A model generated the notes under the pieces. It did no database searches and was not told the origin of the DNA. It saw nothing but the letters and a program-made list of their open reading frames with translations. The translations under genes and the position numbers were made by a program. Shown here one piece after another: positions 13,861 through 30,688 of a DNA stretch of 64,000 nt. Origin of the DNA: the human T2T-CHM13v2.0 reference genome, Homo sapiens; assembly GCA_009914755.4 (NCBI GenBank), contig CP068257.2, forward strand, positions 38,720,001 through 38,784,000, written 5' to 3'. Every line of letters starts with the position of its first letter. Positions within the stretch are counted from its first letter, which is position 1.

Positions 13861-15060
13861 TGAAGCTTCTTGTCCTGAATGGAAGCTGACATGCGACAAA
13901 TAAATCTGCGAGTGTGCTGGCGGTGCGCCTCGGCCCCCTTTTTAGTTCAAGTGACAGGCTCTTTTGGAGATGAAAGCAGACATTATTTTCCCAGGGAGAC
14001 CTGAGTGTCTTTGAAATCTTTCTTGCTGTCACTCTGATAACCTGAACTCTTCTGACATCGTTATGGATCATCAATATGGTCTTTAGGTTTTCTTAGTTGC
14101 ACCAAATGGTTGCCGGGGTAACTGGGCCTAGACAGGTAATTTCTCCTTTTTCTACAAAGAATCTAAAAATAGTGACTATGTAAGGACTAGAGTGCATCAT
14201 CATTAGCAAACTGGTTCTGCACAAATTGATTACTTTCTGCACTTAATTATTATACGGAACACAGTGTCAGGCATTTAATATGAATACCATGCCTTCAGCT
14301 AATTTCACCTCTGCTTTAAAAATCTCACTGTCTGCAATGAAACGATTGAATCAAAATAGGAATCTCATTGCTAAACCTGCTACTTCTTAAAAAATTAGCT
14401 AAGGTTAAAAAAGAATGACAGAAATATGGTCTTATAATCAAGATATATTTAAACTTACTTTCACATATTAGTGTGTTTTCTTTGTACTCCCTTTAGGCTA
14501 TATCAAAATCATTTTATTATTTTAATCAATTGATATCAGATGAATTTTAAATTATATATGGACATAATTTCCAACAAGACACACAAATACATAGATAGAA
14601 GCTAGTTCAATCAGGTAGTGATAAATATATGTTGCCTGTGATAGCTTCTTTCTCTGGCTGACTGATAAGCTTTAAGATTTAGTATGCAGTAACCAGTTAA
14701 AAAAAAGCAAATCGTATCACATATCCAAAACCTGTTATTATACCACAAAATAATTCCTCACAAATTTCATTTACTTAAATCTGAGAACATTTGGATGGAA
14801 CTAGGGACAACTGCACCAAACAGATGCCATATTTTCATTCTACCAACCACTGTACTGACATTTTGCTCTGCATTTTCAATCTGAAGTTGTACTTCTCCAC
14901 TGGAGGCTATTGCCCCCACCCCACCCAGCAAACACCTGGCAATGTCTGGAGACATTTTTGGTTGTAACAACTTGGAGGAAGGTGCTCCTAGCATACATCT
15001 AGTGGAAAGGGGCCAGAGATGCTGCCAAAGATCCTATAACACATAAAAAAGTTTCCCAAG

Positions 15061-15375
<315 letters not shown>

Positions 15376-15607
15376 CTAGAGATGAATAATCAACAAAACT
15401 GTTAAGTGTCAAGTTTCTTCTAAGATTTAAACCCTGGCAGATAACTTCTAATGCACAAGTGGGCAACATTTATGTTACTTTACATTACTTCTAATATGAA
15501 ACAATTTTATTTTCGTCAGAACTTTCTCTCCCATTTGCCTGATTTAGCTTGAAAAATTAGGGTAGAGTACTAGCTGGTGAGACAGAGAGCCTAGAACTGA
15601 GCGATCA

Positions 15608-17438
<1,831 letters not shown>

Positions 17439-17594
17439 TCACAGAGGAGCATTTTGTTTGGGAACATCCTCTTCGCTATTTTTTATTTCTGGCTTTATTT
17501 CTCTTTGCAACAAATGCAATAATGTTGGTCAAACTGCCTTCTCAGGAGTCTCTGTGAGGATGTTGATATAAATCCACTGACAATAAGAGATACA

Positions 17595-17921
<327 letters not shown>

Positions 17922-18789
17922 CTAAGTATTGATCATATAAATCCTAATTTGCCTTGTCCCAAGGTGGCACTGGTGGGTTTGCCCTGGGCCATTCTCACAC
18001 ACATGTATGACATATGTGGTTTACCCAGGGCCAATAACACACAATTGTGAGGAAAAAAAAAACAAAAACAGGTTGGTATTAGAATTTGTGACCACGAAAC
18101 AGAGTTTTTCTTTAAAATGGGGCTGAGTGATTTAGACAGGGAAGAAACTCTCATCCTCGCCTTGCTATGTTTTCAATTCAACAACCTTAATCCAATGTAG
18201 AAAACATTTACTGAGCATCTGTCATATGCCAAGGATGAGGTTAAACTCACAGGCAAGAAAAATGGAATAATATTTGTGGTGCAGCTAGCTTGTGCTATAA
18301 AATTATCGACTATCTTTCATACATCATTTAAGTCAGTCTTCTCCTAATCCTGTAATTTTTGTGTTATCTCTATTTTACAAAACAGAAAATAGTTATTGAG
18401 AGCGCTTAAATAACTCAGCCAAATCCAATCAACAGGTAAATGGCAAATCAAAACAAAACAAAACAAAATTTTTGGTGAAAGACCTACAGTTACAGATTTT
18501 TAAAGGTCAGAAAGTGCTGAGCAGAGAAAATCTGATGAAAATCCTGTCTAGTCATATTACAAATTATGGAAAACGAAAAATAAAGAGAAATTCTTTAAAG
18601 CAGACAGCAAAAATGGCAAATGACATACAGAGAAACAAAGATCTGAATGACCTCTGATTGTTTAGCAGAAGCAAATGGAGGCCAGAAGACATATAAATAT
18701 ATCTTTTAAATTAACAAACATCTCTTGTAGATGGCAGATGGCTAAGATTTGCTTTTTAATCCATTCTGGTAATCTTCTCCTATTATTAT

Positions 18790-18855
18790 TATTATTATTT
18801 ATTTCACTTTAAGTTCTGGGATACATGCGCTGAACCTACAGGTTTGTTTACACCT
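18790..18855 (-). mobile_element. L1 3'-end fragment (antisense), preceded by (TTA)n = reverse of an A-rich tail
   Basis: attattattattatttatttcactttaagttctgggatacatgcgctgaacctacaggtttgtt is the reverse complement of the L1 3'UTR terminus (..aacttaaagt..). Confidence 0.55.
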
Positions 18856-19215
18856 TATACGAAAATTAACTCAAGATGGATTAAAGACTTAAATGTAAAA
18901 CCTAAAACCATAGAAACGCTAGAAGAAAACCTAGTCAATACCATTCAGGACATATGCATGGACAAAGACTTCATGACTAAAACACCAAAAGCAATTGCAA
19001 CAAAAGCCAAAATTGACAAATGGGATCTAATTAAACTAATAAGCTTCTACTTACTCAGCAAAAGAAACTATCAGAATGAACAGGCAACCTACAGAATGGG
19101 AGAAAATTTTTGCAATCTATCCATCTGACTAAGGTCTAATATCCAGAGTCTACAAGGAACTTAAACAAATTTACAAGGAAAAAAACAAACAACCCCATCA
19201 AAAAGTGGGTGAAAA
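18856..19215 (+). mobile_element. L1 ORF2 internal fragment (sense)
   Basis: Translates as [63 protein letters not shown], the L1 ORF2 C-terminal region. The abrupt orientation switch at ~18856 suggests an inversion or twin-priming-type junction, or two separate events. Confidence 0.85.
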
Positions 19216-19609
19216 AAAAGCTTTTTTTTACCCCAGTTGTTCCTAACTTTTCATCTCACCACACTTTGTTTTCAAGGAGCTCAGTCTTCTAGGTTGATAA
19301 GACAAAGGCAATAAATGGCTGTAATAACCAACCAGAGTGATGGAGGGGCCATTAGAGACATAGCACATGTGGAGGAGGGTGGATGGGAAGAGCAGGAAAT
19401 CCACAGATATCAAGGGTGCATAGAACTGAGATCAGTCAGAATGGAAAGAGGGAATCACAGAGATTGGGAACCACATGAATTAAGGCAGGGAGCAGGGGCA
19501 TGTCTGAGAATTTCTGATTCATTTTGGATGCAACAGAGAGTCCCTGAGATTTTGGAATTAAACAAAGATAACTAAAGAAGGCATTCAAAAGTGTTTAGCA
19601 AATAAGTCA

Positions 19610-19612
<3 letters not shown>

Positions 19613-19646
<34 letters not shown>

Positions 19647-19785
19647 GGGGCCTTGCTCTGTCACCTAGGCTGGAGTGCAGTGGCACAATCATACAGAGGA
19701 GTTTCTGTAGCCTGAAACTCCTCTCCCTTTCTGCCTCAGCCTCCTGGGTAGCTGGGACTACAGACACAAGCCATCACACCCAGCA
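19613..19785 (-). mobile_element. Alu SINE (antisense) with internal deletion, (T)28 head
   Basis: (T)28agaattggggccttgctctgtcacctaggctggagtgcagtggcacaatc...gcctcagcctcctgggtagctgggactacagacacaagccatcacacccagc. Confidence 0.75.
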
Positions 19786-20129
19786 CAAACATACTTTTAA
19801 TGGAATCACTAGGTCATAGGTCTTTTGACAAATTAGGGTGAGGAAAACCCGTCATTGAAGACATTACACATGTCTAGTGTAGGTACAATTAAGATCCAAT
19901 CTAGGACAGGACAGAGGTTGAGAACAGAGCTGAGTAACTGTGAGATTCAGTTTGTATGACTTGGCAGGACATGGCAGGACTTGGCAGGATGTAGAAAGGA
20001 AAGGCTTAAAGGGCACCCAACATTTCATGTTTGCATCTGAGGGATGAGAAGGAGGAAGATGTTGATAATAATAACAAGAGCCATTTGGAAGGAAGAGGTG
20101 GTGGAGAGTTCAGTTTGGTATCCGACCCT

Positions 20130-20420
20130 GTTGTTTTGAAGTGCCAACTAAATTTCTGAAAGAAAGCTGGTTGACACACTTGTCTGACATTCAGGAAGGA
20201 CGCCAAGGCTGTAAGTACAGATTCAGAGCTTATTTTCAGGGGCAAGGAATTCGAAGCTCTACAAATGAAACAGAGCCTAAGGAAAAGGGAAGAGCTTGAC
20301 AAGAAGACAGTTCTGAATTTGGAGCCCAAGAGAATGCCTTCCAATAGAGAAGAGAGATAGGAACGAAGAAGCTGTTTTCTTCTGCAGTTAGAAGAAGCAG
20401 TCAGAAGGGAGGCAGAGAAT
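20130..20420 (+). mobile_element. Possible ancient LINE2 (L2) 3'-end-like repeat
   Basis: Weak resemblance to L2 tail motifs (gttttgaagtgcc...ggagcccaagag). Flanking 19330-20700 has the texture of diverged ancient repeat. Confidence 0.25.
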
Positions 20421-20757
20421 ATTCCAGAAGCATTGGAGAATCACCTAGATGTGGAAGAAGGGAACAATGATAAAAATAAGCACATTAAGAATAAAGGCTT
20501 TTAAAATATAGGTAGTGATAAACGCCTTTAGAGAGAAAGCAGTAACATACTCTGAGTTGAGAAGGAGACAGGAGAATGGGGAACAACACATCTTTGTGGA
20601 TGGAGGCTAAGAGAGTTGGGAAGTGTTAGATAACCAAGTATTGGGAAATAATCTTCCATGTGGAGGAAGCAACATAAGTAATGTGACTTGCAATCAGGAA
20701 AGGAATAGGTTTGTGCAGGGATTAGGAAGAAGTTAGATTTAGCAGGAATAGGTTTTT

Positions 20758-20925
20758 ATTAACCCATTTATGCCTGAGGTTGCAATTTTTTTTGAATTTT
20801 TGCAATCAGACCTTGGTGATGACCTTGCACAGTAGGATGTAAATAACTCCCACATGCTTAGTGTTCCAATAATGGAACACTAGTCATAAGTGGGTTTTAA
20901 TGCAAAACAATGGGAAATACAACCA
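20758..20925 (+). mobile_element. MER-type non-autonomous DNA-transposon-like repeat (family not assignable from memory), copy A
   Basis: About 150 bp of this segment is the reverse complement of 40510-40665 (ttattaacccatttatgcctgaggttgcaattttttt...gcaatcagaccttggtgatgaccttgcacag vs ctgctcaaggtcattgccaaggtctgattgcaaaaattt...gcaacctcaggcataaatgggttaat). Internally palindromic (ttgcaa...ttgcaa). Confidence 0.5.
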
Positions 20926-22140
20926 GACAGATTTGCTTGAGATGCCTTCAGTACTATCCTAAGATATAAACTTTATTCAATGGAGAACAGGGAGCTAGGA
21001 GAGGTCTTTAAACACAGAAGAGACTTTGAGCCCGTGGGAATAATTCTTACTGGCTGTCCAATGCTGCATTATTTTATCCACATGATTCTTCAGCTATAGA
21101 AGTGTGACTGTGGATTTTATCATCCATTTCTTTCTAATCCCAGACTAAACATATTCAAATATTTGCAGGATTCAGGCTGGACAGCCTGTTCCAGATAGAG
21201 AGTCATTTGGATATTTAATATAAATATATTCTCTTAGGCTGGTGTTGCGCTAAGGCAGTCTACACTCAGGTTGACACTGAAGAGAAAGTTCCATAAACAG
21301 GGTTAGGGCTGGGTGGGGAGGAGGAAGTAAGAAAACACTTCTATTGTCACTGTGAGATTCTTGTGGTTAAATTTGTTCAATTTAGTTCATCAAATAAAAA
21401 TATATTTTCAAAAAAGGAGCATTATATTGGCAACTAAGACCTCCTCTCTGACCAATGCTCTGCCTCCCTTTTCTGGCCATGTGATCTTGGGTAATTCACT
21501 TTAATTTGGTTTCTGCAAGAGCAAAATTGAGGGTGGTTGAGTAGATTAGATTGTGACCCTGCGATCACATCCCTCCTTCCTCCAAATCTGCCTTCAGTAT
21601 CCTTCTGAACACATTCCTCAAGGCAGCCAAGGCAATCAATAGAAGATCAAATAAATCCATTATATTTGGAGTAGATGATCTATAATACTAGGCACAAGTC
21701 TAATATTTGGGTATGTTTGAGCCCCGTACTTTGGGTGATAATAGCCTCATTTAGAAATTTAATGGAGAAATGGTCTGGAAACAGACAAAGGACAACTGCT
21801 TTGATTGGCTACCATCACTTGTGCTGAAAGAACAATCCTACCCTCTCTCTCTGTTCATTTTTAGAGAGACTGGTTGTTGTGAATTCATCAGCTAGGAAGT
21901 GTTATCTTGAAATCATATCTTGGAAATGTAATAGTCTGTGGCCTAATGGAAATCACAGAGGTTTGGGGATCAGAAAGATTTCAAATCAAATCCGACAGCC
22001 AAGACTCTCCAGTTGTGTAACCTTGGGGAATTCATCTGAGCATTAATTTTCACATCTGTAAAATGAGGTTTCTGTTGATCTCAGCTGGACTGTTTTGGGA
22101 GTTAATGGAAAGCTACAGAGAAAACATGGAGATTTGCTTA

Positions 22141-22548
<408 letters not shown>

Positions 22549-23124
22549 TCATGTATAACTTAAATACGGTGCATCATACCAACTATTGATACAGATCTTT
22601 AAGATTTTATAAGTGAACAGAAAAAGAAGTGCCCTATTCATACAATTTATTTTCTGCTCAGAATTTACAAAAGGTTGAACACTGGTCAGAGCTTCTGTTG
22701 GTCATTCCTCAGTAAATGAATAAAAGATCCAGAATGAGCAGGCTTCAACAAGAGCTGTCAGCTCAGGCCAAAAATCAGATTGTCTTTTCATAACTGGGAA
22801 TGTCAGAATTCTCTTTAAAAGATCCTTAATGGGTACAAATATGCAATTTGAGATAAGAAATAAGACCTAGTGGTAGACAGATCAGTGGAATGACTATGGT
22901 TTGCAATTATGTATTGTATATTTCAAAATAGCTAAAACAGAAGAATTGAAATAATTATAGCTTAAAGAAAAGCCAAACATATAATGTGATGGATATCCCA
23001 AGTACACTGATTTGATTTTAACAAATTATATGAATACATTAAATTATCACATGTACCCCAAACTATATATCTATTATGCATCAATAAAATATCATAAAAT
23101 TAATAAAATAAATATTTTTTAAGT

Positions 23125-23271
<147 letters not shown>

Positions 23272-23302
23272 TAAATTTAAACAGAAAAAAAGAGCAACAC
23301 TA

Positions 23303-23648
<346 letters not shown>

Positions 23649-24639
23649 TTATTGCACAAAAGAGTTTTACACATAGCTTTTGAATTTTAAAACATTTTAT
23701 TTATTCATTTCACAAATATGTTTTGATCCCTCAGTGTAGACCAGCACAGAGTTAGGGACTAAAGGGAGAGTGGTGGATGAGACAGGTGTCTTCCTGGAGC
23801 TCATGTTCTGTTGGGCGGGTGGTGTTGGGGAGCAAGCAACACATTAGCAAGCAAATAAAGATAATTTAGTTTGTAATAAGTGTAGTTAAAGAAAGAAAAA
23901 GAGGGCATAACAGAGAGTGAAGTCCACGTGCTATGGGTGTGGAGGCAGCCAGGAGGACTCAAGATATGGTCCTCAGGGACAGACTCTCTGAGAAGATGGT
24001 ATTTGAGATAAGGTGAATGAGCACTACCGACAGCATGTGGCGTAGCAAGACAATGGATTAAAAAGCAGCAGCTTGCAAATGATCACTTATGACAGGGCCT
24101 TGTATAATTTTCCTGTTCTGTGACATCATCTTGAACCAGGTGAGGAAATTGATAAAATATTCTCAAGAACTGGGTCTGTGGAAACCACGCAGCTCAATGT
24201 CCTTCAAGTTTGTTTGAATGGAGTGATGTTCCCAAGGTCATAATCTTTGCATGACTATGAAGAATATAAAATACAGCACCTGATTGGATGCTAAACGTAA
24301 AACTCAGTGTTCTCACCCTGCTCTCTCTTCTAATTCAACCTGTTTAGAACTTGCATGAAACAATACCCTTGCATTCCACATGGATATTACAGAAACGTTA
24401 TAGACTCCTGCTACCTGAAATTTTCTTGTCTTTGCCTCAGTGAGAAAAATGCCATGACTCTTTTGATCTACCTGCAATAAATCTGATGGCCAAGGAATGG
24501 ATATTCACTGTCCTATCAAATGAGAGCCATCTGGAACTTTGTAATTTTGACGAACATCTCTATTCCCTGCTTCTCTGAGTTTGACTTTTTTAGATTTCAC
24601 ATGTATGTGAGAAAAGACAGTGTTTGTCTTTCTGTGCGT

Positions 24640-25200
24640 GGCTTACTTCACTAAGCACAATGCCCTTCAGGTTCATCCATGTCATTGCAAATGGGAAGAT
24701 TTGCTTCCTTTTTTAAGGCTGAATAATATTCCTTTGTGTATATAGGAATGATATTCCTATGCATGTGTGTATATGTATATCAACACTTAAGTTTTTTTCA
24801 TATTCTGGCTGTTGCGAATGATTCTGCAATAAACATGGGAGTGCAGATATGTAATTTCATTTCCTTTGGATATATACCCAGAGTGGGATTGCTAGATCAT
24901 ATGGTAGGTAAAAGGGTACAAAGCTTCAGTTATGCCAGATGAATAGATTCTAGAGGTTTACTATGCAGCACAGTGACTACAGTTAATAACACTATCTTAC
25001 ATACTTGAAATTTGCAAAGACAGTTGATCTTAAACATTGTCATCACATACACACACATACATACATACACACACAAATGTTAACTATGTGAGGCAATAGA
25101 TATGTTATTTTGCTTGATAGTGATATATATATATATATATATGCACATTGTACATCACATTGTATACCTTAAATATATACAATTTTCATTTTTCAATACC
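24640..25200 (-). mobile_element. Old L1 3'-region fragment (antisense)
   Basis: Antisense L1 3'-end motifs: tcatccatgtcattgcaaatgggaagatttgcttccttttttaaggctgaataatattcctttgtgtatatagg...gctgttgcgaatgattctgcaataaacatgggagtgcagatat. Followed by a (CA/CATA)n and (AT)n tract at 25015-25145. Confidence 0.5.
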
Positions 25201-26408
25201 TCAATTAACCTGGAGGAAAAATAAACTCTAGCCAAGGAGATGTAACAGGCGAAAATGTGTGGATTTGTAGGAAATTCTGCTTAAAGGCGACTTAGCTGGG
25301 AGGGGTGTTTTTATGCATTTTTCCTTTGCTTCTTTACATCACCTGGAAGGTGGATATAAAGGTAGGAGCTGCAGCAATCACTTTGGACTTTGAAATCATA
25401 TTGAGAATGGAACTGCACGTGAGGATAATGGATCAGAAAGATAAAAGCCTGGTCCCTTGTGAAACTGAAGCTGGCAAACCAGCTTCTGGACTTATATACA
25501 AGAGAGTAAATTTCTGTTTTAATAAACAATAACATCAAAAAATCATTTATTAGTAGGAAGACTTCTTTAAGAGGCTGTGATTCCGTAGTCAGCCACTGAG
25601 GGCAGTCAGCAGGCACTGTTGAAAATAGAACAAAAACATTTAGCTGAAATGTCTTGGCTTTCTATTTCTTTTGTGATCATCAGAGATAAAACTTCATTAT
25701 GAACTTGCTGCTCTTTTTACTTCACTGGTGTCTTATGACAGTGATATAATGAGGGAACCTAAATACTCTTTTAAAGAATACTTGATGAGCTTCCAGGACT
25801 CCTCTAATTCTTCATTAACTGAAGAATTCTATATTCCAGAATTACAGTCATTCATATGCATGACTATAGGGCTCCAGAAGGCAAGAGAGATATAAAAGTT
25901 TCACAATACCCAGGTACAGAGCCTGTGCCAGCAAAAACTTCATTGCTTCATTTACCTGCTTCTAAAGGAAATTACAAACGGACTTTGAAAAGTATTGGTT
26001 TGAAGATCAAGTTATGTTCCCATAGACTGAATAATTAAGTGGAGACAGGCCTAACCAATGATGTCTCACTGATCTCTGGCATCTTCTAGCATGAACCAAG
26101 AATCCAGAAAAATGGTTAGCTGTCTGCATCCATGTTACTGGAAGTATCATCACCTGCACACCCAATGGGTTCAGTGAACTAGAAGACACAAAGTTGTGCC
26201 TAAAGCCAGCTCCAGAAATGGTCCTGGACATCCTTAACCACATGGGATTTTTTAATTCCTAGTACACTAACTTGCAGACCATATAAACACCATTGCAATA
26301 TTGTTTAGTAAGTAGAAATCACATCCAAGATAATATGTATTACTTGGGGTAAGCTTCTCTATTATTCTGAACTCTGTCTTCATTTAATTAAGAAATGTGA
26401 GAATTGGA

Positions 26409-26613
26409 CACAGGAAGGGGAACATCACACACCAGGGCCTGTTGTGGGGTGCGGGGAGGGGGGAGAGATAGCATTAGGAGATATACCTAATGTTAAATAA
26501 CGAGTTAATGGGTGCAGCACAACAACATGGCACATGTATATATATGTAACGAACCTGCACGTTGTGCACATGTACCCTAAAACTTAAAGTATAATAAAAA
26601 AAAACAAAAACAA
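26409..26613 (+). mobile_element. L1 3'-end, heavily 5'-truncated (~200 bp) with poly-A and 12-bp TSD AAATGTGAGAAT
   Basis: cacaggaaggggaacatcacacaccagggcctgttgtggggtgcggggagggggagagatagcattaggagatatacctaatgttaaataacgagttaatgggtgcagcacaacaacatggcacatgtatatatatgtaacgaacctgcacgttgtgcacatgtaccctaaaacttaaagtataat(A)n is canonical L1PA 3'UTR. TSD copies at 26393-26404 and 26614-26625. Confidence 0.92.
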
Positions 26614-27009
26614 AAAATGTGAGAATATAATGATAGCTCTCGTTCTTCAGTAATACAGATTTTAGTTACACTAGAGTGGAATATTGAAGATATTAGAAAG
26701 TACTATGAAAAAATAGCTGCAAAATCTGTCATTTTACTTAGAGTAGGAAGTAGAAGTAGAGTTGGAGAAGGTGGCACAAAGATGTCACCCCTTTGGCAGG
26801 GGTGGCTGACAATAAACACCACAGTGTGCACCTCTGACTTTCTTTGCAGAATAATCCCACAATCTCTGAAAATGAAATGCACCAACTTCTAATGCTATTC
26901 ATAAAAAATCAACTCTCAATGACTGCACTTAAAAAGTTTTATTCTAACTGAAACTTGGCAGAAATTTCTCAAATATGCTTAAGATAGTGCTATGTAATTC
27001 TAATGACAT

Positions 27010-28712
27010 TTTTAAAAAATGGCTGAGACAACTGGATATCCACATGGAAAATAATTTAGAACCTTGCCTCACACTACCTACAAAAATTAACTCAAAATGG
27101 ATTATGGCCTAAATATAACAGCTAAAACTATAAAAACTTTTAGAAGAAAACATAGGGAAAATATCTTCATGACCTTGAAGAGTTCTTAGGCATAACACTA
27201 AGAAAACAAGCAAAAACAGAAAAAATCAACATAATAAACTTCTTCAAAATTAAGAACTGGCCCAGTGCGGTGACTCACGCCTGTAATCCCAGCACTCTGG
27301 GAGGCCGAGGCAGGCAGATCACATGAGGTGAAGAGTTCAAGACGAGCCTGGCCAACATGGTGGAACCCCGTCTCTACTAAAAATACAAAAATTAGCCAGG
27401 TGTGGTGGCATGAGCCTGTAATCCCAGCTACAGGCAGAGGCAGGATAATAGCTTGAACCCGGGAAGCGGAGGTTGCAGTGAGCCAAGATCATGCCACTGC
27501 ATTCCAGCCTGGGCAACAAAGCAAGACTCCATCTCGAAAAAAAAAAAAAAAAATTAAGAACTGTAGCATTTTCAAAGGCACCATTTAGAAAGTGAAAAAA
27601 AATTGAAAATCATATTTCTAATAAAGAACTCAAATCCAAAAAATATTAAAAATGCTTATATCTCTATAATGAAAAGAAACAACCCAATCAAAATGGGCAA
27701 AATAGTTGACTATTTTACATCACCAAAGAAGATACACAAATACCTAATCAGTACACAAAAAGATGCTCAATATTACTAGGCATTAGGGTAATATGAATTA
27801 AAATCACAGTAAGACATGACTTCACACCCATTAGGATGACTGCAATAAAATCACAAACAATGCTGGTGAAGATATGGGGACCTGGAATCTTCATACATCG
27901 TTGGTGGAAGGTAATATATACTTACATATGCACACATATACATCTCACGTAAAAATGGCTTGCTGGAGTGCCAGCCTTCACATCCACATCACAGCAAAAA
28001 TGCTTAAGAATGCCCCCTCAGTGAAGTCACTTTTAAGCAGAATTTCCTACAAACCCACACATTTTTCTCCTCTTACATCACATTGGCTAGAGTTTATTTT
28101 TTCCCCAGGTGTATTGTGGTATACTTGCCAAATAAAAGCAGCCAAAACAAGTTGGCATTTTCTTAAAGTGTTTAAACTTCAATTTGCCATAAGGCCCCAA
28201 GTTCTAGGTATCTACCCTAAATGAATGAAAACATGTTCACTCAAAGACTTAGGTACAAATGTCCATAGCAGGATTATTCATAATCAAAAAGTGGAAACAA
28301 CCCAAATATTCATAATTTAGTGAATTGATAACCAAATGCAGTATTTACAGATGAGCAAATGCTCTCCAGCAACAAGAGAGAATGAATGACTAATACATGT
28401 AACAACATGGGTGCTGCATGAAAGAAGGCAGACACAAAATCCATATATCAATTTATGTGAAATATCCAGAAAATGCAACTCTACAGAGACAGACCATAGA
28501 TTAGTGGTTGTCTGGGACTGGGGATGGACATTGAAATTGGCTTCAAATGGGTAGGAGGAATCTTTTGGGTGGTGAAAATATTCTAAAATTAAATTGGCGT
28601 AATTGTGGCACGACTCCATGCATTTACTAAAATTATTGAATTGAATAAACCGGATGGAGTTTATATTAAAGTAAACTACCTCTCAACAAAACTGTTTTAC
28701 GAAACCTGAATG
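27010..28712 (+). mobile_element. L1M-type (old mammalian L1) ORF2 3' half plus 3'UTR, interrupted by the Alu at 27258-27553
   Basis: The ORF2 remnant reads tggctgagacaactggatatccacatggaaaataatttagaaccttgcctcacactacctacaaaaattaactcaaaatggatta. The 3'UTR block tgaatgactaatacatgtaacaacatgggtg...cagagacagaccatagattagtggttgtctgggactggggatgg...aaactacctctcaacaaaactgttttacgaaacctga is typical of L1M. Confidence 0.8.
27258..27553 (+). mobile_element. Alu SINE inserted into the L1M, TSD AAAATTAAGAACT
   Basis: ggcccagtgcggtgactcacgcctgtaatccc...caagactccatctcg(A)17. aaaattaagaact is seen at 27245-27257 and 27541-27556. Confidence 0.95.
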
Positions 28713-28719
28713 AGGTATT

Positions 28720-29735
28720 TATTTTTTTATTTCAACTTTTATTTTAGATATAGGCGGTATATGTGCAGATTTGTTACATGGGAATATTACGTGATGCTGA
28801 GGTTTGGAGTAGAGATCCTGTTCCTCAGGTAGTGAGCATGGTACTTCATAGGTAGTTTTTTTTTTTTTTTTTTTTTTTTTTTTGAGACAGAGTCTCGCTC
28901 AGTTGCCCACGCTAGAGTGCAGTGGCGTGATCTTAGCTCACTGCAAGCTCTGCCTCCCGGGGTTCACACCATTCTCCTGCCTTAGCCTCCCGAGTAGCTG
29001 GGACTACAGGCGCCTACCACCACGCCCGGCTAATTTTTTTTGTATTTTTACTAGAGGCGGGGTTTCACCGTGTTAGCCAGGATGGTCTCTATCTCCTGAC
29101 CTTGTGATCCGCCCATCTAGGCCTCCCAAAGTGCTGGGATTACAGGTGTGAGCCACTGTGCCTGGCCCTTGATAGGTAGCTTTTTAACCTAAACTCTCTG
29201 CCTTCCACAGTCTAGTGTCCACAGTGTCTATTGTTCCTGTATTTGTGTCCATGTGTGGTCAATATTTAGCTCTTACTTATAAGTGAGAACATGAGGTACT
29301 TGGTTTTCTGTTCCTATGTTAATTTACTAAGAATTATGGCCTCCAGCTCCATCCACATTGCTGCAAAGAATGAGATTTCATTCTTTTTTATGGCTTTCCA
29401 GTATACCATGGTGTATATGTACCACATTTTATTTATCCAATCTACCATTGATGGACACCTGGGCTGATTTCATGTCTTTGCTATTGTGAATAGCCCAGCG
29501 ATGAACATACAAGTGCATATGTCTTTTTGGAAGAATGATTTATTTTCTTTTGGATATATTACTCAGTAATGGGATTGCTGGGTCAAATGGTAGCTCTATT
29601 TTAAGTTCTTTGAGAAATCTCCAGTCTGCTTTCCACAATGGCAGGACTAAGTTACTTTACCACCAGTAGTGTATAAGTGTTCCCTTTTCTCTGCACCCTC
29701 ACAGCATCTGATGTTTTATATTTTAAGTGCATGAT
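28720..29735 (-). mobile_element. Primate L1 (L1P-type) 3' portion in antisense, interrupted by the Alu at 28856-29167
   Basis: Reverse complement of the L1 3' region: ttttagatataggcggtatatgtgcagatttgttacat...gtgagaacatgaggtacttggttttctgttcc...tatggctttccagtataccatggtgtatatgtaccacatttt...ttgctattgtgaatagcccagcgatgaacatacaagtgcatatgtc...actttaccaccagtagtgtataagtgttcc. A T-rich tract at 28690-28725 is the antisense poly-A. Confidence 0.85.
28856..29167 (-). mobile_element. Alu SINE (AluS/Y-like) nested in the antisense L1, (T)33 head, TSD ~ATAGGTAG(C)
   Basis: (T)33gagacagagtctcgctcagttgcccacgctagagtgcagtggcgtgatc...gggattacaggtgtgagccactgtgcctggcc. Flank cttcataggtag | Alu | cttgataggtagc. 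Confidence 0.95.
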
Positions 29736-30073
29736 TGAAGCAATGCTTGAGACAGGCTCTTGTGGGGATATTTGGTCATATATCAAATCTGAATAACCGA
29801 ACGGCATTGTCTTTCATTTTCATCCCCTTCAAATTTTTTTTTGTCTCAAAGTCTTCAAACTTTTATATATATATATATATATTACAAAAATTATTTTTAC
29901 CCCAAACATTTGAAAACGTACAGAAAAGTAGACAAAAATAATATGACGCATCCCATATATTCATCATATTAATGGCTCTGGCACCAAACCTTTTCTATTT
30001 TTCGTCATGTTTATTTCTTGATAGTTTTACTTTGTTTTTGGTGGTAAAGTATATGCAACAAAAGGGAAACTAT

Positions 30074-30404
<331 letters not shown>

Positions 30405-30688
30405 CTATGTCATTTTATCATTACATGACTAGCATGTTTCCCTAATAAAAATACGGTTTTGTTACATAACCACAGTCAGTATTACATAATATCAAGTATT
30501 ATACACTCCCAATTCATTTTTCCTCATCAGCTCAAAAGTGGCTAGCTTTTAAACAATTGAATTAATTAAATCAAGATCCTTCTCTTGCTCACATGCAGTT
30601 GTTACATCTCTTGAGTGTTTCTTAATGCAGAGCTAGCCCTCCTCCTTTCTCCCATGTATTTGACTTGGCTTTTTAAAGAAACCAGGTA

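Noticed and set aside
13850-14080. Small CpG-containing patch (gcgagtgtgctggcggtgcgcctcggcccccttttt) next to an A-rich tract and a short minus ORF
   Set aside because: Only ~6 CpGs over 60 bp, no extended GC-rich block, and embedded in what looks like antisense ancient L1. Insufficient to call regulatory, unlike the 55205-55445 block.
18844-19128. ORFs resembling real protein ([27 protein letters not shown]...; also [42 protein letters not shown]... at 32547-32843)
   Set aside because: These are L1 ORF2 C-terminal fragments. The copies are truncated and carry stops, so they are not functional retrotransposon genes.
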